Positions 18,230 to 28,422 of a DNA stretch of 64,000 nt are shown here, piece after piece; positions within the stretch are counted from its first letter, which is position 1; each line of letters opens with the position of its first letter. Below the pieces are notes generated by a model. That model was not told the DNA's origin and searched no databases. It was given only the letters and a program-made list of their open reading frames with translations. The DNA is from Gemmatimonadota bacterium (GTDB taxonomy: Bacteria > Gemmatimonadota > Gemmatimonadetes > Gemmatimonadales > GWC2-71-9), in NCBI GenBank assembly GCA_036679645.1, contig JAZDCY010000011.1:1-64000 (forward strand), read 5' to 3'. The position numbers and the translations under genes were made by a program.

Positions 18230-19254
18230 ATACCAGGTCCTCGCACTCTCAGCTTGGGCGTGCCAAAGACGCGTGACTGCGTCGCGCGATCGATGAACGG
18301 CACCAGCGCGTTCATCAGGAGGATCGCGTACATCACGCCCTCGGCGAGCCCACCCCACAGTCGGATGATGACCACGAGCAACCCGATGCCGCTTCCGAAG
18401 AGCCACGACCCGGCGTTCGTCACCGGCGAGGTTACCATGTCCGTTGCCATGTAGACCGCACCGAGCATGAGCCCGCCGGAGAAGAGCATGAACATCGCAC
18501 TTGGGAAGCGCTCGGGATCGAGCACGTTCAGCACCGTCATCACAAGCCCGACCGTGAGGAAGATGCTGGCTGGAATACGCCAGTTCAGGTAGTTCCTGAG
18601 CGCGAGATACACGCCACAAACGAGGATTACGACCCCCGACGTCTCACCGATCGAACCGCCCACGCTCCCGGAGGCTAGGTCGGCAAGCGCTGTAGCCGTG
18701 CCCTCGAACTTGAGCAGACCAAGAGGCGTGGCTCCCGTGATCGCGTCCGGCGTGGCGCTCATCAGAGGCAAGGCGAAGTTGCTGGACTGAAACACCCACC
18801 ACGGATCTCCATCTCGCAACGCAGGCCACGTCGTCATGGCGACCGGAAACGCCGCCTGGAGAAAGGCGCGACCCAGCAACGCCGGGTTGAACACGTTCTG
18901 ACCCAGGCCACCGAAGATCACCTTGCCGAACCCGACGCCGAAGACTCCGCCCAGAAACGCCATCCACAACGGGATACCCGGCGGTAGCGTGAGCCCCAGC
19001 AGCAAGCCGGTAATGGCGGCCGATCCATCCAACAGCGTATGACGCTTGCCGAGCAGCCCCTCCGTACCCGTCGCACCAAACGTGGCAGCGATGACTACCA
19101 ACAACGAGCCGGGACCAAAGAAGTACGCTCCCACCACGATGATCGGGACGAGGCTGCCCACCACCGACCACATGATCGTCGGTGTCGAATCGGGCGTGGA
19201 GAGATGCGGCGATGCGGTAATGAGAAGACGTGAGGACGGCTTGTCTCCGTTCAC
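18226..19254 (-). CDS. rnfD: Rnf complex subunit D
   Basis: SPH, FGGLGQNVFNPAL, TGATPL, GSIGETS, MATDMVTSP. Confidence 0.95.
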   Translation of the reverse strand: MNGDKPSSRLLITASPHLSTPDSTPTIMWSVVGSLVPIIVVGAYFFGPGSLLVVIAATFGATGTEGLLGKRHTLLDGSAAITGLLLGLTLPPGIPLWMAFLGGVFGVGFGKVIFGGLGQNVFNPALLGRAFLQAAFPVAMTTWPALRDGDPWWVFQSSNFALPLMSATPDAITGATPLGLLKFEGTATALADLASGSVGGSIGETSGVVILVCGVYLALRNYLNWRIPASIFLTVGLVMTVLNVLDPERFPSAMFMLFSGGLMLGAVYMATDMVTSPVTNAGSWLFGSGIGLLVVIIRLWGGLAEGVMYAILLMNALVPFIDRATQSRVFGTPKLRVRGPGI

Positions 19255-20579
19255 GCCGCCGACTGCCTCGAGCGAATTGCCACCTTGGCCGCAGCGAACT
19301 GCTGTGACAGCGGGATGTTGGATGGGCACACGTAGGAACAACAACCGCAGAGCATACAATCCATCAAATGGTGTGCCTGCATCTCATCGTAGTGCTCGAC
19401 GGTCGCCAGCCTGCCGAGCAACTGGGGATTGAGAAACACCGGGCAGGCGTCGAGACAGTGTCCACAACTGATGCACGGGTATGATCGTTGTGGCTTGACC
19501 TCGTGCCTGGAGAGAACGATGACTCCGGTCGTTCCCTTGAGCAGCGGTGTCTTCATGTTGGCCTGCGATGCGCCCATCATGGGACCACCAAATACGATCT
19601 CCCGCGCATCGCGCGTCATACCGCCACAGGCGTCAATCAGGTACCCCAGCTTCGTACCAACCGGAACGATGAGGTTGGATGGTCGCCGCACACCGCGTCC
19701 CGTGACGGTGACGATGCGCTCGATGAGCGGGAGTCCGGTATCGAACACTTCGGCTACGGTAGCCACGGAGGCGGCGTTCTGTACGATCACACCGACATCC
19801 ATCGGCAAGCCGCCCGAGGGGACCTCACGTTGGGTAAGCGCCTCGATCAACATCTTCTCCGCACCCTGTGGGTACTTCACGGTAAGCGGATAGATCGTGA
19901 TATCGAGGTCGTCGGGAAGGCGCTCGCTGAGAGCGGCGATCGCATCGGGCTTGTTCCTCTCCACACCGATGGCGGCCCGGTGTACGCCACAGGCCTTCAT
20001 CAGGATCCTAACGCCGAGCAAGAGCCGGTCGGGATACTCAACCATAGTGCGGTGGTCGGTCGTGAGATACGGCTCGCACTCGCAGCCATTCACAATCAGG
20101 AGATCGATCGGCTTCTCCGCCGGTGGCGAGAGCTTCACGTGCGTCGGGAACGCCGCTCCACCCAGCCCCACGACGCCCGCGTGCCGGACGGCCTCGATCA
20201 ATTGTTTCGGGCCGAGGCCCTGCCAGTCCGGCACCAGGCGCGGGCGCGGTATCTGCGCGGAGTATGGCTCGACGGCAATCCGAATCGCCGGCTGATACGT
20301 CCCCGCCGGATGGGGCCAGAGATCGATGGCGCTGACCGTGCCGCTGGCGGATGCATGGATCGGGGATGACACCCAACCGTCCGGCTCGGCAATCAGGTCG
20401 CCGCGCTCGACCGCATCACCCGGCCCGACGATTGCACGGGCCGGTTTCCCTGTATGCTGACTCAGGGGAAGCACCACCTCGTCGGGAAACGCGATGCGAC
20501 GGATAGCCACGCCCGCCGTGAGTTGCTTGTGCTCCGGCGGGTGTACTCCGTGCCGAAACGTCAGTCCACCAAACACCAC
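19251..20579 (-). CDS. rnfC: Rnf complex subunit C
   Basis: GVVGLGGAAFPTHVK, NGCECEPYLTTD, KYPQGAEK, GGPMMG, two CxxCxxCxxxCP motifs. Confidence 0.96.
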   Translation of the reverse strand: MVFGGLTFRHGVHPPEHKQLTAGVAIRRIAFPDEVVLPLSQHTGKPARAIVGPGDAVERGDLIAEPDGWVSSPIHASASGTVSAIDLWPHPAGTYQPAIRIAVEPYSAQIPRPRLVPDWQGLGPKQLIEAVRHAGVVGLGGAAFPTHVKLSPPAEKPIDLLIVNGCECEPYLTTDHRTMVEYPDRLLLGVRILMKACGVHRAAIGVERNKPDAIAALSERLPDDLDITIYPLTVKYPQGAEKMLIEALTQREVPSGGLPMDVGVIVQNAASVATVAEVFDTGLPLIERIVTVTGRGVRRPSNLIVPVGTKLGYLIDACGGMTRDAREIVFGGPMMGASQANMKTPLLKGTTGVIVLSRHEVKPQRSYPCISCGHCLDACPVFLNPQLLGRLATVEHYDEMQAHHLMDCMLCGCCSYVCPSNIPLSQQFAAAKVAIRSRQSAA

Positions 20580-20583
20580 GACC

Positions 20584-23500
20584 TCACTGGAGCCGCTCCG
20601 CCCGCTTCACCCACTTCGCGAGGTCCTTTTCCTTCGGATTGAGCGGTGTTCCCGGATGAATGATGCTCACCGGGCACAGCTCGGCCGCCTTGACGAGTTC
20701 GCGGAACGACCCAGCAGACGCATCTTTGACGTAGGCCTGCTTGCGATCGTCGTATGCGAACATCTTACGATTGAGATTGGTGCACTCGTCACACGTCGTA
20801 CAACGCTCGGATTCGATATACGCCGCGATGGCGATCGCCTCGTCCTCGGCTTCTTCCTCCACCGCTATCGCTGTCGCGACGGGGGCGGACGCCGTGGCGG
20901 CCGGCGCAGCAACGGCCTCACCCCCATTGCCGCCGTCTGTCGGGATCGCAATGGGTTGCAGGTCCATGGCCTGAACACGCTTCAGCAGCTCACCGACCGT
21001 CTCCTTCCCGTCGCGGCCGGCCCTGATGAGACCCTCCGCCAGCCGCCGAGCGATCAGCGGCGGGTACGTCCTCTTGAGTTCCTGGATCGTCGCTTCGTGT
21101 TCCGCTTTCAGCGCATCTGCACGCTGTTCGAACACGTTTTCCAACTCGCCCGCCAGCGTATCGCGCGTCGACCGGCTGACCTGGAGACCTGCAAGCTCTT
21201 TGAGCTGGGCCCAGAGATTCAAGCGGTCTTCCGCTAGATCGACGATCTCATCGGCCACTAGCAGACGGTCCAGAGTTTCATTGTCGTCGAGTACATAGAT
21301 GAACGGTGTCTTGCCCTCGCGATCATCCGCGCTCGCTGCGATGAACTCGTCGAATCGCAGCAGTGTGTCCTCATCGATGTCGCTGGTGACTTTGTGGAAG
21401 TGCCTCTTGAAACGTGCCTCGGTCGCAGCCCAGTCGGCAATCGTGACCGGCAACTCCATGACCTGCTCTGCGCCGTTCTCGTCCCGGTACTTGAGATCAT
21501 AGGTGGGCCACGTATCATCGATTGACGGATTCCCGTCCAGATCGATTCGTTCGGCGAGTGTCTCTCCCGCGGCGGGATCATGAATCAAGAGTGGGAATGC
21601 TCGGCACTCCAGCGCCAGCCTGGCAGCCTCAACGGCCGCATCGTCACCCAACCCGTGTTCGGGTGGGCACGGACAGTTGAGACCGAACACCGCCGGGTAC
21701 TTCGACTGCAGGCCACGAAGTACGCCACCCAGCAAGTGCGACGGCGATGCCTGGGAAGACTGCAACACGAAGACATTGCGGTGCGCCATTGCGATCAGCG
21801 CCAGTTCCTTCCGGGTTTCTTCCTTCCCGTGTTGTCCCTTACCGTACGCGGCCATGTCGCTGACCTGACCATGGTATCCGCTGGTGCACGCCTGACCACC
21901 GGTGTTCGAGTAGACCTGCGTATCCAGCACGACGACGCGAATCGGCTTCCCCGACGCCAACAACCGGGACAGGTTCTGGAATCCGATGTCCAGCATGGCC
22001 CCGTCGCCGCCCACCGCGAGAATCGGCGGGCACATGGCGAATTCGTCGTCACTGAACTGTTGCCAGTCGAACTTCCCGAAGAACGCCTCGTGTCTGGTCG
22101 CGTCGTACCGATCCTCCAGTTCCAACTCCGCACGCCGCACGGCGGCGAAGCCCTTTGCCATCTTGCGCATGTTGCCCTCGAACAGACCGATGGCTATCGA
22201 CGGCGCGTCCTGGAACAGGTGGTTCACCCACGGATACGGGTACGGGTTGTATGGATACGTGCTGCCCCACACCGACGAGCAGCCGGTCGCATTGGAGATG
22301 CCAAGTGTGGCGCGACCCTTCCCGCCGGGTCCCTCGACATACCGCCAGCGCAAGTCCTCGAGATCGTCGATCATCTTGGAGAGTCGATCGACATGCGCAC
22401 GTTTGTCATCATCGAGCGGTACGGCCGCAGATTGGTTTCCGTCGGACCCGGATACGTTACGGAGATCCGCATCGGACGCGAGTATCTCGCGCGCCTTCTT
22501 GTCGAGCCGCCCAATCACGTCATCGAGTCGTTCTACATACTGCTTGATCTTCGGGAGCATCAACGCGTTGACGGCCGACACGACGAGGTGAATGACCGTC
22601 TTCTCGCCACAACCCATGCAGGATCCGTCTCCTCCGACCATCGAGCGATAATTCCCCTGCTTGAGCAGCAGCGAGGAGAGCACGCCAATTCCCTCTTCCA
22701 CGCTCGCGACATTCACGTAGCGGTCGTTGGTCTCGGGCAGTCGCTGCCAGAGATCCCAATTCCGCCGCAGCCGCTCGACGATCTCATCGGTCTGCTGGAC
22801 GGTGACCAAGGCGCCCTCCGGACAGACCTCGACGCAGATGTTGCACCCCTTACAAGCATCCGGGTTGATCGTGACAGACAGCAGCCCACCCGTTCCCTTC
22901 TCCTTGCTCTCCGGGAGGTCAAAGAACGGTCCCGTCTTGGTCAGGGGGAACTCCGCCAGTGCCCCGTATACGGGAGCGAACTCCGCGTCCAATGCCAACC
23001 GGCGCTCTGGATCGAGCTTCAGCTTCTCTACCACCGTCTTGTATGCACTCGAGAGGACGTCCGCGAACGTCGTGAACGGAACGCCCTTGATGGTCCGGCG
23101 CGCCTCGGCTGCGAGTGGCTTCACGACCTGACGCAGACGAGCGAAGGTTTGACCGTTGGCGACGGTCTTGATCGCCGCGTCGATCACCTCGGAGATCTCG
23201 TTCACTACACCGGGAATCGCGGCATCGGGACACTGGACCCAACACTGACTGCATCCGGTGCACTTGTCCGCAATGAAGTGCGGGACCTCGAACCGCACGT
23301 TGGTCATGTCGCGGATGGTGCTCGTCGCCGCCGGGATGGCACTGATCGCCGCGAAGGGATCGGCAATACCATCATCTCCCATGTTACACAGCACGCACAC
23401 CTGTTCCCAGAACCGGCCGCCGTGCCCGATACCGGGCGCCACGTTGCTGCCGCCGAGCATTGCGGGCATGTGCGGTACGTGACCGACCTCGTCGCCGCCC

Positions 23501-25626
23501 TCGACACTGAGCGACTCTGGGTCCAGTTCGACCGTCTCCTCGAAGCCACGGTGTATCACCTCAAGATTCGCTTCGACGACCCGCGTCCCCAGGTGACCGA
23601 ACTTCTTCTCGAGCTGCACACGGATGCCCTCGAACAGTTGCTGCTTGGCCAGTCCCTCGGTTTCCATCAACGGCGCCGCCCTGAAGAACGCCCCCATGAA
23701 CGCGCCGCCCTGCATGCGGTAGCGCAGTTCCGCGTCGGTCGCTTCTTCAGACGCGATCTTGAAGCCGTCGAGTAGGAACACCCTGTATTCCTTCTCCACA
23801 ATCTCCCGCCTGACCGAGGCGGGGAGCGAGCGCCACTGTTCCGCCGCATCGCCATCCGCCTGCAACACAAAAACGCCGCCCTTAACAAGTCCCAACAGCG
23901 GGTTCGAATGGTGGAACACGTTCGGGTCTGGCGAGAGCACAACGGTTACATGCTTCAGTTCGGCGTTGAGCTTGATGGGTTCATGCGCGAGCACCGCATA
24001 GAACGTTGTGGGCTGGCCTTTCTTCTCCGATCCATATTTCGGATTGGCCTTGATGTACATGTCGCATAGGTCACCAGCCGTCATCGCAATGTTCTTGCCC
24101 GTGGTGATCGCTCCCCATCCACCGACGGAGTGGATACGGATCGAGACGGCGCCTTCAGGCAACAGATTGACGGGTTCTGACGGCGAGAGGGAAAGATCTT
24201 CAATCCCTGGATACTTCTCGAGCAGTTCCTGTTGCCAGATCTGCAACTTCGGGAGGTTCGTGCCGCGGCGCACGAATTCGATGCCGAGGTAGAACTGCCG
24301 CTGCTGTCCAGCACCGTCCAACATGTTCTCTACAGCTACGATGATGTCGTTCGGCTGGAGATCACGACTTCCCAGCCCGAAGCACCCCGAGTAGAACGCG
24401 GGCATCTGATTTGGCGGACAGGTGGCGAGGTCGGGATATGGGCGCGTGCCGTTCCCGAATTTGTGATTTTCCATCGCCTGGTACAGCGCCGCGCGGATTT
24501 CCCGCAGCAGGGGCTGATCGACGGCGAGCGGCTGATCCACACGCTCGAGCACGGTGACCGCTCTCTTGCCCCGCAGCATCTTCGTCAAGAGATCCGCGGG
24601 AAACGGGCGGAACATCGTGATATTGAGCACTCCTATTTTGATGCCACGCTCTTCGCGCAGATGATCGACAACCGCCTCGCAATTCGGGACCACGCTGCCC
24701 TGACCCACCAGGGCGTAGTCCGCGTCGTCGAGCCGGTAGCCCATAGCGCGCTCGTAGCCACGGCCGGTGAGTGCTGCATACTCTGCCATCGCCCTATCCG
24801 TGAGGGCCGCCAGATGCTGGAAGTAGAACGGCCTCTGTGCCGCAACCCCCTGTGCATAGCTGTCCTGGTTCTGCACTACGCCCAGCATCGCCGGGTAATC
24901 GAGGTTGAACATCTCGGGCACGCGGCGACGTGTCTGGCCGAACACCCATTCCTGCGCCGGCGTGGGCGATTCGATGATGTCGGACGGATCACCGAGGTAC
25001 TCCCGCACCAATTCCCGCTCGGGTAACATCACCGTCTCGATGACGTGACTGGTGAGAAACCCATCCTGTGCGCACACTCCCGGATTGAGGGACAGCTCGG
25101 CGATCCGGTGCGCGATAAGATTGAGGTCAGCCGCTTCCTGCGCGTCCTTTGCGAAGAGCTGGAAGAACCCCGTGTCGTCAATTGCGTGGTAGTCGTCGTG
25201 GCCCGCGTGTACGTTGAGAGCGTGCTTGGTCATCGCCCGGCACGCAATGTTGAGTACGTAGGTGAGGCGTTTGCCCACCGCCGCGTAGAGCGACTCGTGC
25301 ATGTAGGCAATGCCCTGGCCGCTCGAGAAGTTGGTGGCGCGCAAACCGGTCATGCTCATACCGGCGGTGACCGCGGCCGCCGCGTGCTCACCTTCCGGCT
25401 CGAAGAAGATCAGCGAGCGACCGTGCACGTTGGTCTTCCCCGCCGCCACGGCAGACGCCCACCCCTCACCCATCTGGGTGGATGGGGTAATCGGGTACGC
25501 GCCCGCCCCCTCGCTCGCGGCGGTCTCCATCTCCACGATCGCGCCACTGCCGTCCGTCGCCGTCCGCTTGCCCGGGTATCTTGCGGGGTGCTTGGGCTTC
25601 CCGTGTTCCTTGCCACGAAACTTCAT
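20584..25626 (-). CDS. Large single-chain pyruvate/2-oxoacid:ferredoxin oxidoreductase-like protein (~1680 aa) with an extra C-terminal ferredoxin domain
   Basis: YPITPS, EGEHAA, split CxxCxxC ferredoxin motifs, SCMGCGE, NATGCSSVWG, GGDG...VYSNTGGQ TPP motif, C-terminal CTTCDEC...CPV. Confidence 0.92.
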   Translation of the reverse strand: MKFRGKEHGKPKHPARYPGKRTATDGSGAIVEMETAASEGAGAYPITPSTQMGEGWASAVAAGKTNVHGRSLIFFEPEGEHAAAAVTAGMSMTGLRATNFSSGQGIAYMHESLYAAVGKRLTYVLNIACRAMTKHALNVHAGHDDYHAIDDTGFFQLFAKDAQEAADLNLIAHRIAELSLNPGVCAQDGFLTSHVIETVMLPERELVREYLGDPSDIIESPTPAQEWVFGQTRRRVPEMFNLDYPAMLGVVQNQDSYAQGVAAQRPFYFQHLAALTDRAMAEYAALTGRGYERAMGYRLDDADYALVGQGSVVPNCEAVVDHLREERGIKIGVLNITMFRPFPADLLTKMLRGKRAVTVLERVDQPLAVDQPLLREIRAALYQAMENHKFGNGTRPYPDLATCPPNQMPAFYSGCFGLGSRDLQPNDIIVAVENMLDGAGQQRQFYLGIEFVRRGTNLPKLQIWQQELLEKYPGIEDLSLSPSEPVNLLPEGAVSIRIHSVGGWGAITTGKNIAMTAGDLCDMYIKANPKYGSEKKGQPTTFYAVLAHEPIKLNAELKHVTVVLSPDPNVFHHSNPLLGLVKGGVFVLQADGDAAEQWRSLPASVRREIVEKEYRVFLLDGFKIASEEATDAELRYRMQGGAFMGAFFRAAPLMETEGLAKQQLFEGIRVQLEKKFGHLGTRVVEANLEVIHRGFEETVELDPESLSVEGGDEVGHVPHMPAMLGGSNVAPGIGHGGRFWEQVCVLCNMGDDGIADPFAAISAIPAATSTIRDMTNVRFEVPHFIADKCTGCSQCWVQCPDAAIPGVVNEISEVIDAAIKTVANGQTFARLRQVVKPLAAEARRTIKGVPFTTFADVLSSAYKTVVEKLKLDPERRLALDAEFAPVYGALAEFPLTKTGPFFDLPESKEKGTGGLLSVTINPDACKGCNICVEVCPEGALVTVQQTDEIVERLRRNWDLWQRLPETNDRYVNVASVEEGIGVLSSLLLKQGNYRSMVGGDGSCMGCGEKTVIHLVVSAVNALMLPKIKQYVERLDDVIGRLDKKAREILASDADLRNVSGSDGNQSAAVPLDDDKRAHVDRLSKMIDDLEDLRWRYVEGPGGKGRATLGISNATGCSSVWGSTYPYNPYPYPWVNHLFQDAPSIAIGLFEGNMRKMAKGFAAVRRAELELEDRYDATRHEAFFGKFDWQQFSDDEFAMCPPILAVGGDGAMLDIGFQNLSRLLASGKPIRVVVLDTQVYSNTGGQACTSGYHGQVSDMAAYGKGQHGKEETRKELALIAMAHRNVFVLQSSQASPSHLLGGVLRGLQSKYPAVFGLNCPCPPEHGLGDDAAVEAARLALECRAFPLLIHDPAAGETLAERIDLDGNPSIDDTWPTYDLKYRDENGAEQVMELPVTIADWAATEARFKRHFHKVTSDIDEDTLLRFDEFIAASADDREGKTPFIYVLDDNETLDRLLVADEIVDLAEDRLNLWAQLKELAGLQVSRSTRDTLAGELENVFEQRADALKAEHEATIQELKRTYPPLIARRLAEGLIRAGRDGKETVGELLKRVQAMDLQPIAIPTDGGNGGEAVAAPAATASAPVATAIAVEEEAEDEAIAIAAYIESERCTTCDECTNLNRKMFAYDDRKQAYVKDASAGSFRELVKAAELCPVSIIHPGTPLNPKEKDLAKWVKRAERLQ

Positions 25627-26471
25627 CTTCCTGCCTCCGCAAGCTCCGGCTCGTCCGCGAATTGAGCGCCCTCGACCCACCGAATGGCTCCTGTGGGGCA
25701 CCGGGCGATTGCGTCCGGGCTCGCGATTTGGTTGTCGCCGTAGTCGATGACGGCCAGGCCATGCACCATCGAGATCAGCCCCGGCGCCGCGTCCGCCACA
25801 CACCGACCACATGCATCGCAGGCTACACTGCACGTCGCGACAGCCTCGTCACCCTCGAGCAGGTTCTTGCACTGCACAATCAGCTTCTGGCAGAGCGGCA
25901 TCAGCACGAACAGATCTTTGGGGCAGACGTCGACGCAATCACCGCATGCGGTGCACTTCTCAGGTGTGACTACCGGAAGTTCGACATCATTCATGTAGAT
26001 CGCGTCGAGATCACAGACGACGGCGCAGTCACCCAGTCCCAAGCAGCCCCACGCGCACGCCTTGCCACCACCGGAAACGGCGTTGGCCGCATTGCACGTC
26101 TGGAGCCCTATGTAGTCCGCACGTAGTGGCGCCACATCACACCCACCTGCACACAAGAGGCGCGCCACACGGGTCGCCGCCTCACCAACCGCAACACCCA
26201 GGTAGTTGGCCACGTCTTCCCTGTCTTCCGGCCCCATCACCGTGCAGGTTGCCGGCTGAATCGTGCCCACGACCAACGCCTCGGCGAACGCCCGGCATCC
26301 GGCCTGACCGCACGCGCCGCAGTTCGTACCGGGCAACATGTCGGTGACTGGGTCGAGACGCGGATCTTCCCATACCCACAGTTTCCTCCGCGCCAGCGCG
26401 ATCAGCGCGGCGAAGATCGTTCCGACACCGGCAAGGACCGCGGTGGAGAGGAGAATGTTGGAAGCGTCCAT
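25623..26471 (-). CDS. rnfB: Rnf complex subunit B
   Basis: TM then LPGTNCGACGQAGC, CLGLGDC, CTACGDC, CDACGRC. Confidence 0.93.
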   Translation of the reverse strand: MDASNILLSTAVLAGVGTIFAALIALARRKLWVWEDPRLDPVTDMLPGTNCGACGQAGCRAFAEALVVGTIQPATCTVMGPEDREDVANYLGVAVGEAATRVARLLCAGGCDVAPLRADYIGLQTCNAANAVSGGGKACAWGCLGLGDCAVVCDLDAIYMNDVELPVVTPEKCTACGDCVDVCPKDLFVLMPLCQKLIVQCKNLLEGDEAVATCSVACDACGRCVADAAPGLISMVHGLAVIDYGDNQIASPDAIARCPTGAIRWVEGAQFADEPELAEAGR

Positions 26472-27473
26472 CTACTCGGCTCTCGGAAGATCCGCCTGCT
26501 GCAGGAGCCACGTGGCCAATTTGTCCACCGGGTTCGCGGAGGCACCCGGCAAGGCGGGCGATGTCGCAGCAGCGCTCGGTCCCGCATTCTGCAACGACGC
26601 GAGTTGCGCCAGCTCGTCCTGCTGCTGTCGTGCCGTATAGGCTCCGATGCGCTTTCTTGGTGGGGACTCGGGCAACTCCGTCACCGTCAGACGTTCGGCC
26701 AAATCCGCGCCGGCCTCGGGATCGTGCGTGAAGCGCGCCGTCCCGCGGGGCATCAGCGCCACGATACCTGGCCCCTCCCACGCCGCCAGCCGCTCCAATG
26801 GAGTGTCGTCGGTGCTTTGGGCGACAAACACACCCGGACTAATGAGCCGCACCAACGGCGCAGGGGGGGCCACTCCGGTAACGATCAACACGACCTTCAC
26901 CCGCCCATCGAGAAAATCCGCAAGGCCTGCCACACGAAGGTCGGCACCATCTACCTCCGCCGCGAGGGGCGGAGCCAGATTGCGCTCGGACGTGTTCCAG
27001 TCCGAGAACGGGAAAAGCTTGAGCCAGGTGTCGTGGGTGGATGCGCGGTACGCACCGTTCCGTGCGAGGCGGACAATGCGGGCCGCTCCGAACGCGCCAC
27101 CGGCTACGCCCAATGCCGCCCGGACGGCTTCGACCAGATTCCCGCCCGCCGGAACGGACACGACGAAGTCATCTTCTCCGCGTCGTAGCAGCGACTGTAG
27201 CACATCGAGAGACGCCTTCATTACCTCGCCAGCCTCTCCGTTGAGGACCGGCTCTTCATTCACCAGCGAGGCGAAACGGGTGACTTCAATGTTGCGCTCG
27301 CCAATCAAGCCCAGCTCGCTCGCCGTTTGCTCTGTGCGACCGCCAGTCACCTCGTCATGCGCAACGAGGTACCCGCGTACTTCCTCAGCGGTCATCGCGA
27401 CGGCTGACCGATGGGCTTCACGAACCGCCCCGAGCTTGCGGCCGGCATTACGGGTTCGGTCGTCAGACGGCAT
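26472..27473 (-). CDS. Hypothetical protein (~333 aa) embedded in the oxidoreductase-Rnf operon
   Basis: Fills the gap between the beta subunit and rnfB with overlapping/abutting ends; no motif recognised. Confidence 0.7.
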   Translation of the reverse strand: MPSDDRTRNAGRKLGAVREAHRSAVAMTAEEVRGYLVAHDEVTGGRTEQTASELGLIGERNIEVTRFASLVNEEPVLNGEAGEVMKASLDVLQSLLRRGEDDFVVSVPAGGNLVEAVRAALGVAGGAFGAARIVRLARNGAYRASTHDTWLKLFPFSDWNTSERNLAPPLAAEVDGADLRVAGLADFLDGRVKVVLIVTGVAPPAPLVRLISPGVFVAQSTDDTPLERLAAWEGPGIVALMPRGTARFTHDPEAGADLAERLTVTELPESPPRKRIGAYTARQQQDELAQLASLQNAGPSAAATSPALPGASANPVDKLATWLLQQADLPRAE

Positions 27474-28422
27474 ATCGATCCAACTCGGCATTGAGCAATT
27501 CGATCTTTTCCACCGCCGTGAACGTGCGTTGGTGGCGGATCTCCTCGTAAAGCGGCTTCGTCTCATCCTGGTAGAAGAGACCCAATCGGACCACCTCGTT
27601 CGCGCCTTCCGCAAGACGGCGAGCGCCATCGAGGTCCGACGGATCGTGCCAAGTCTGGTTCTTGTAGATCCGTTCCAGGTCCGGGACCACGATACCTCGC
27701 TCATGCTGGAGGATCTCGACGAGATCCGGGTTGCGAACGGCTTCGTCGAAGAGCGTGAGTGTGTACTGCGGGCATCGCTGTAACACTCGTATGAACGAAA
27801 AACCGCGATGCAGAAAAGCCGCGTGCAACGTCGCATACAGGTGTGCCGGCACCCAGTCGGCGGTCTGCGCGACGAATGACGCGTTCGTCACGCCCAACGT
27901 TGCGGTCACCGGATTCAGCGGCTCCAGAAACGACCCGCGGGGTTGTGTGTTGCTGGGGTGGCCCGCGGGCGTTGTCGGCGACGTCTGGTTCTTCGTGAGT
28001 CCATAGATTTCGTTGTCGAGCATCAGGACCGTGAGATTCATGTTGTAGCGTGTGGCATGAATCCAGTGTCCCGCGCCGATCGAACAGCAATCGCCGTCAC
28101 CCATCACGACGAAGACGTCGAGATCCGGGCGGCGCAGCTTCACACCGGTAGCAATCGGCAACGCGCGACCGTGAATTCCGTGAAAGCCATACGTGCTCAG
28201 GTAATGAGGAAACCGGCTGGAGCAACCGATACCGGAGACGAAGACGGTCCGTTCAGGCGCGAGTTGTTCCGTCTCGAGTAAACGCTGCGCCGCTGTCAGA
28301 ACCGCGAAATCACCGCAACCCGGGCACCATTTTGCAACACCGGCTGCATAGTCGTCCATCGAGTACTCGTCGTCATCGTCGTCGTACCCACAACTCAACA
28401 GGGAACAGACAGAGTCGGTCAT
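27463..28422 (-). CDS. 2-oxoacid:ferredoxin oxidoreductase beta subunit (pair adjacent to Rnf)
   Basis: WCPGCGD, SGIGCSSR, GIHGRALP, GDGD, NEIYGLTKNQ. Confidence 0.93.
   Translation of the reverse strand: MTDSVCSLLSCGYDDDDDEYSMDDYAAGVAKWCPGCGDFAVLTAAQRLLETEQLAPERTVFVSGIGCSSRFPHYLSTYGFHGIHGRALPIATGVKLRRPDLDVFVVMGDGDCCSIGAGHWIHATRYNMNLTVLMLDNEIYGLTKNQTSPTTPAGHPSNTQPRGSFLEPLNPVTATLGVTNASFVAQTADWVPAHLYATLHAAFLHRGFSFIRVLQRCPQYTLTLFDEAVRNPDLVEILQHERGIVVPDLERIYKNQTWHDPSDLDGARRLAEGANEVVRLGLFYQDETKPLYEEIRHQRTFTAVEKIELLNAELDRYAV

Noticed and set aside
21580..23775. 731-aa plus-strand ORF and similar long antisense ORFs (811..1674, 36793..37821, 48386..49726)
   Set aside because: They overlap well-supported genes on the opposite strand and show no motifs; expected in high-GC DNA.
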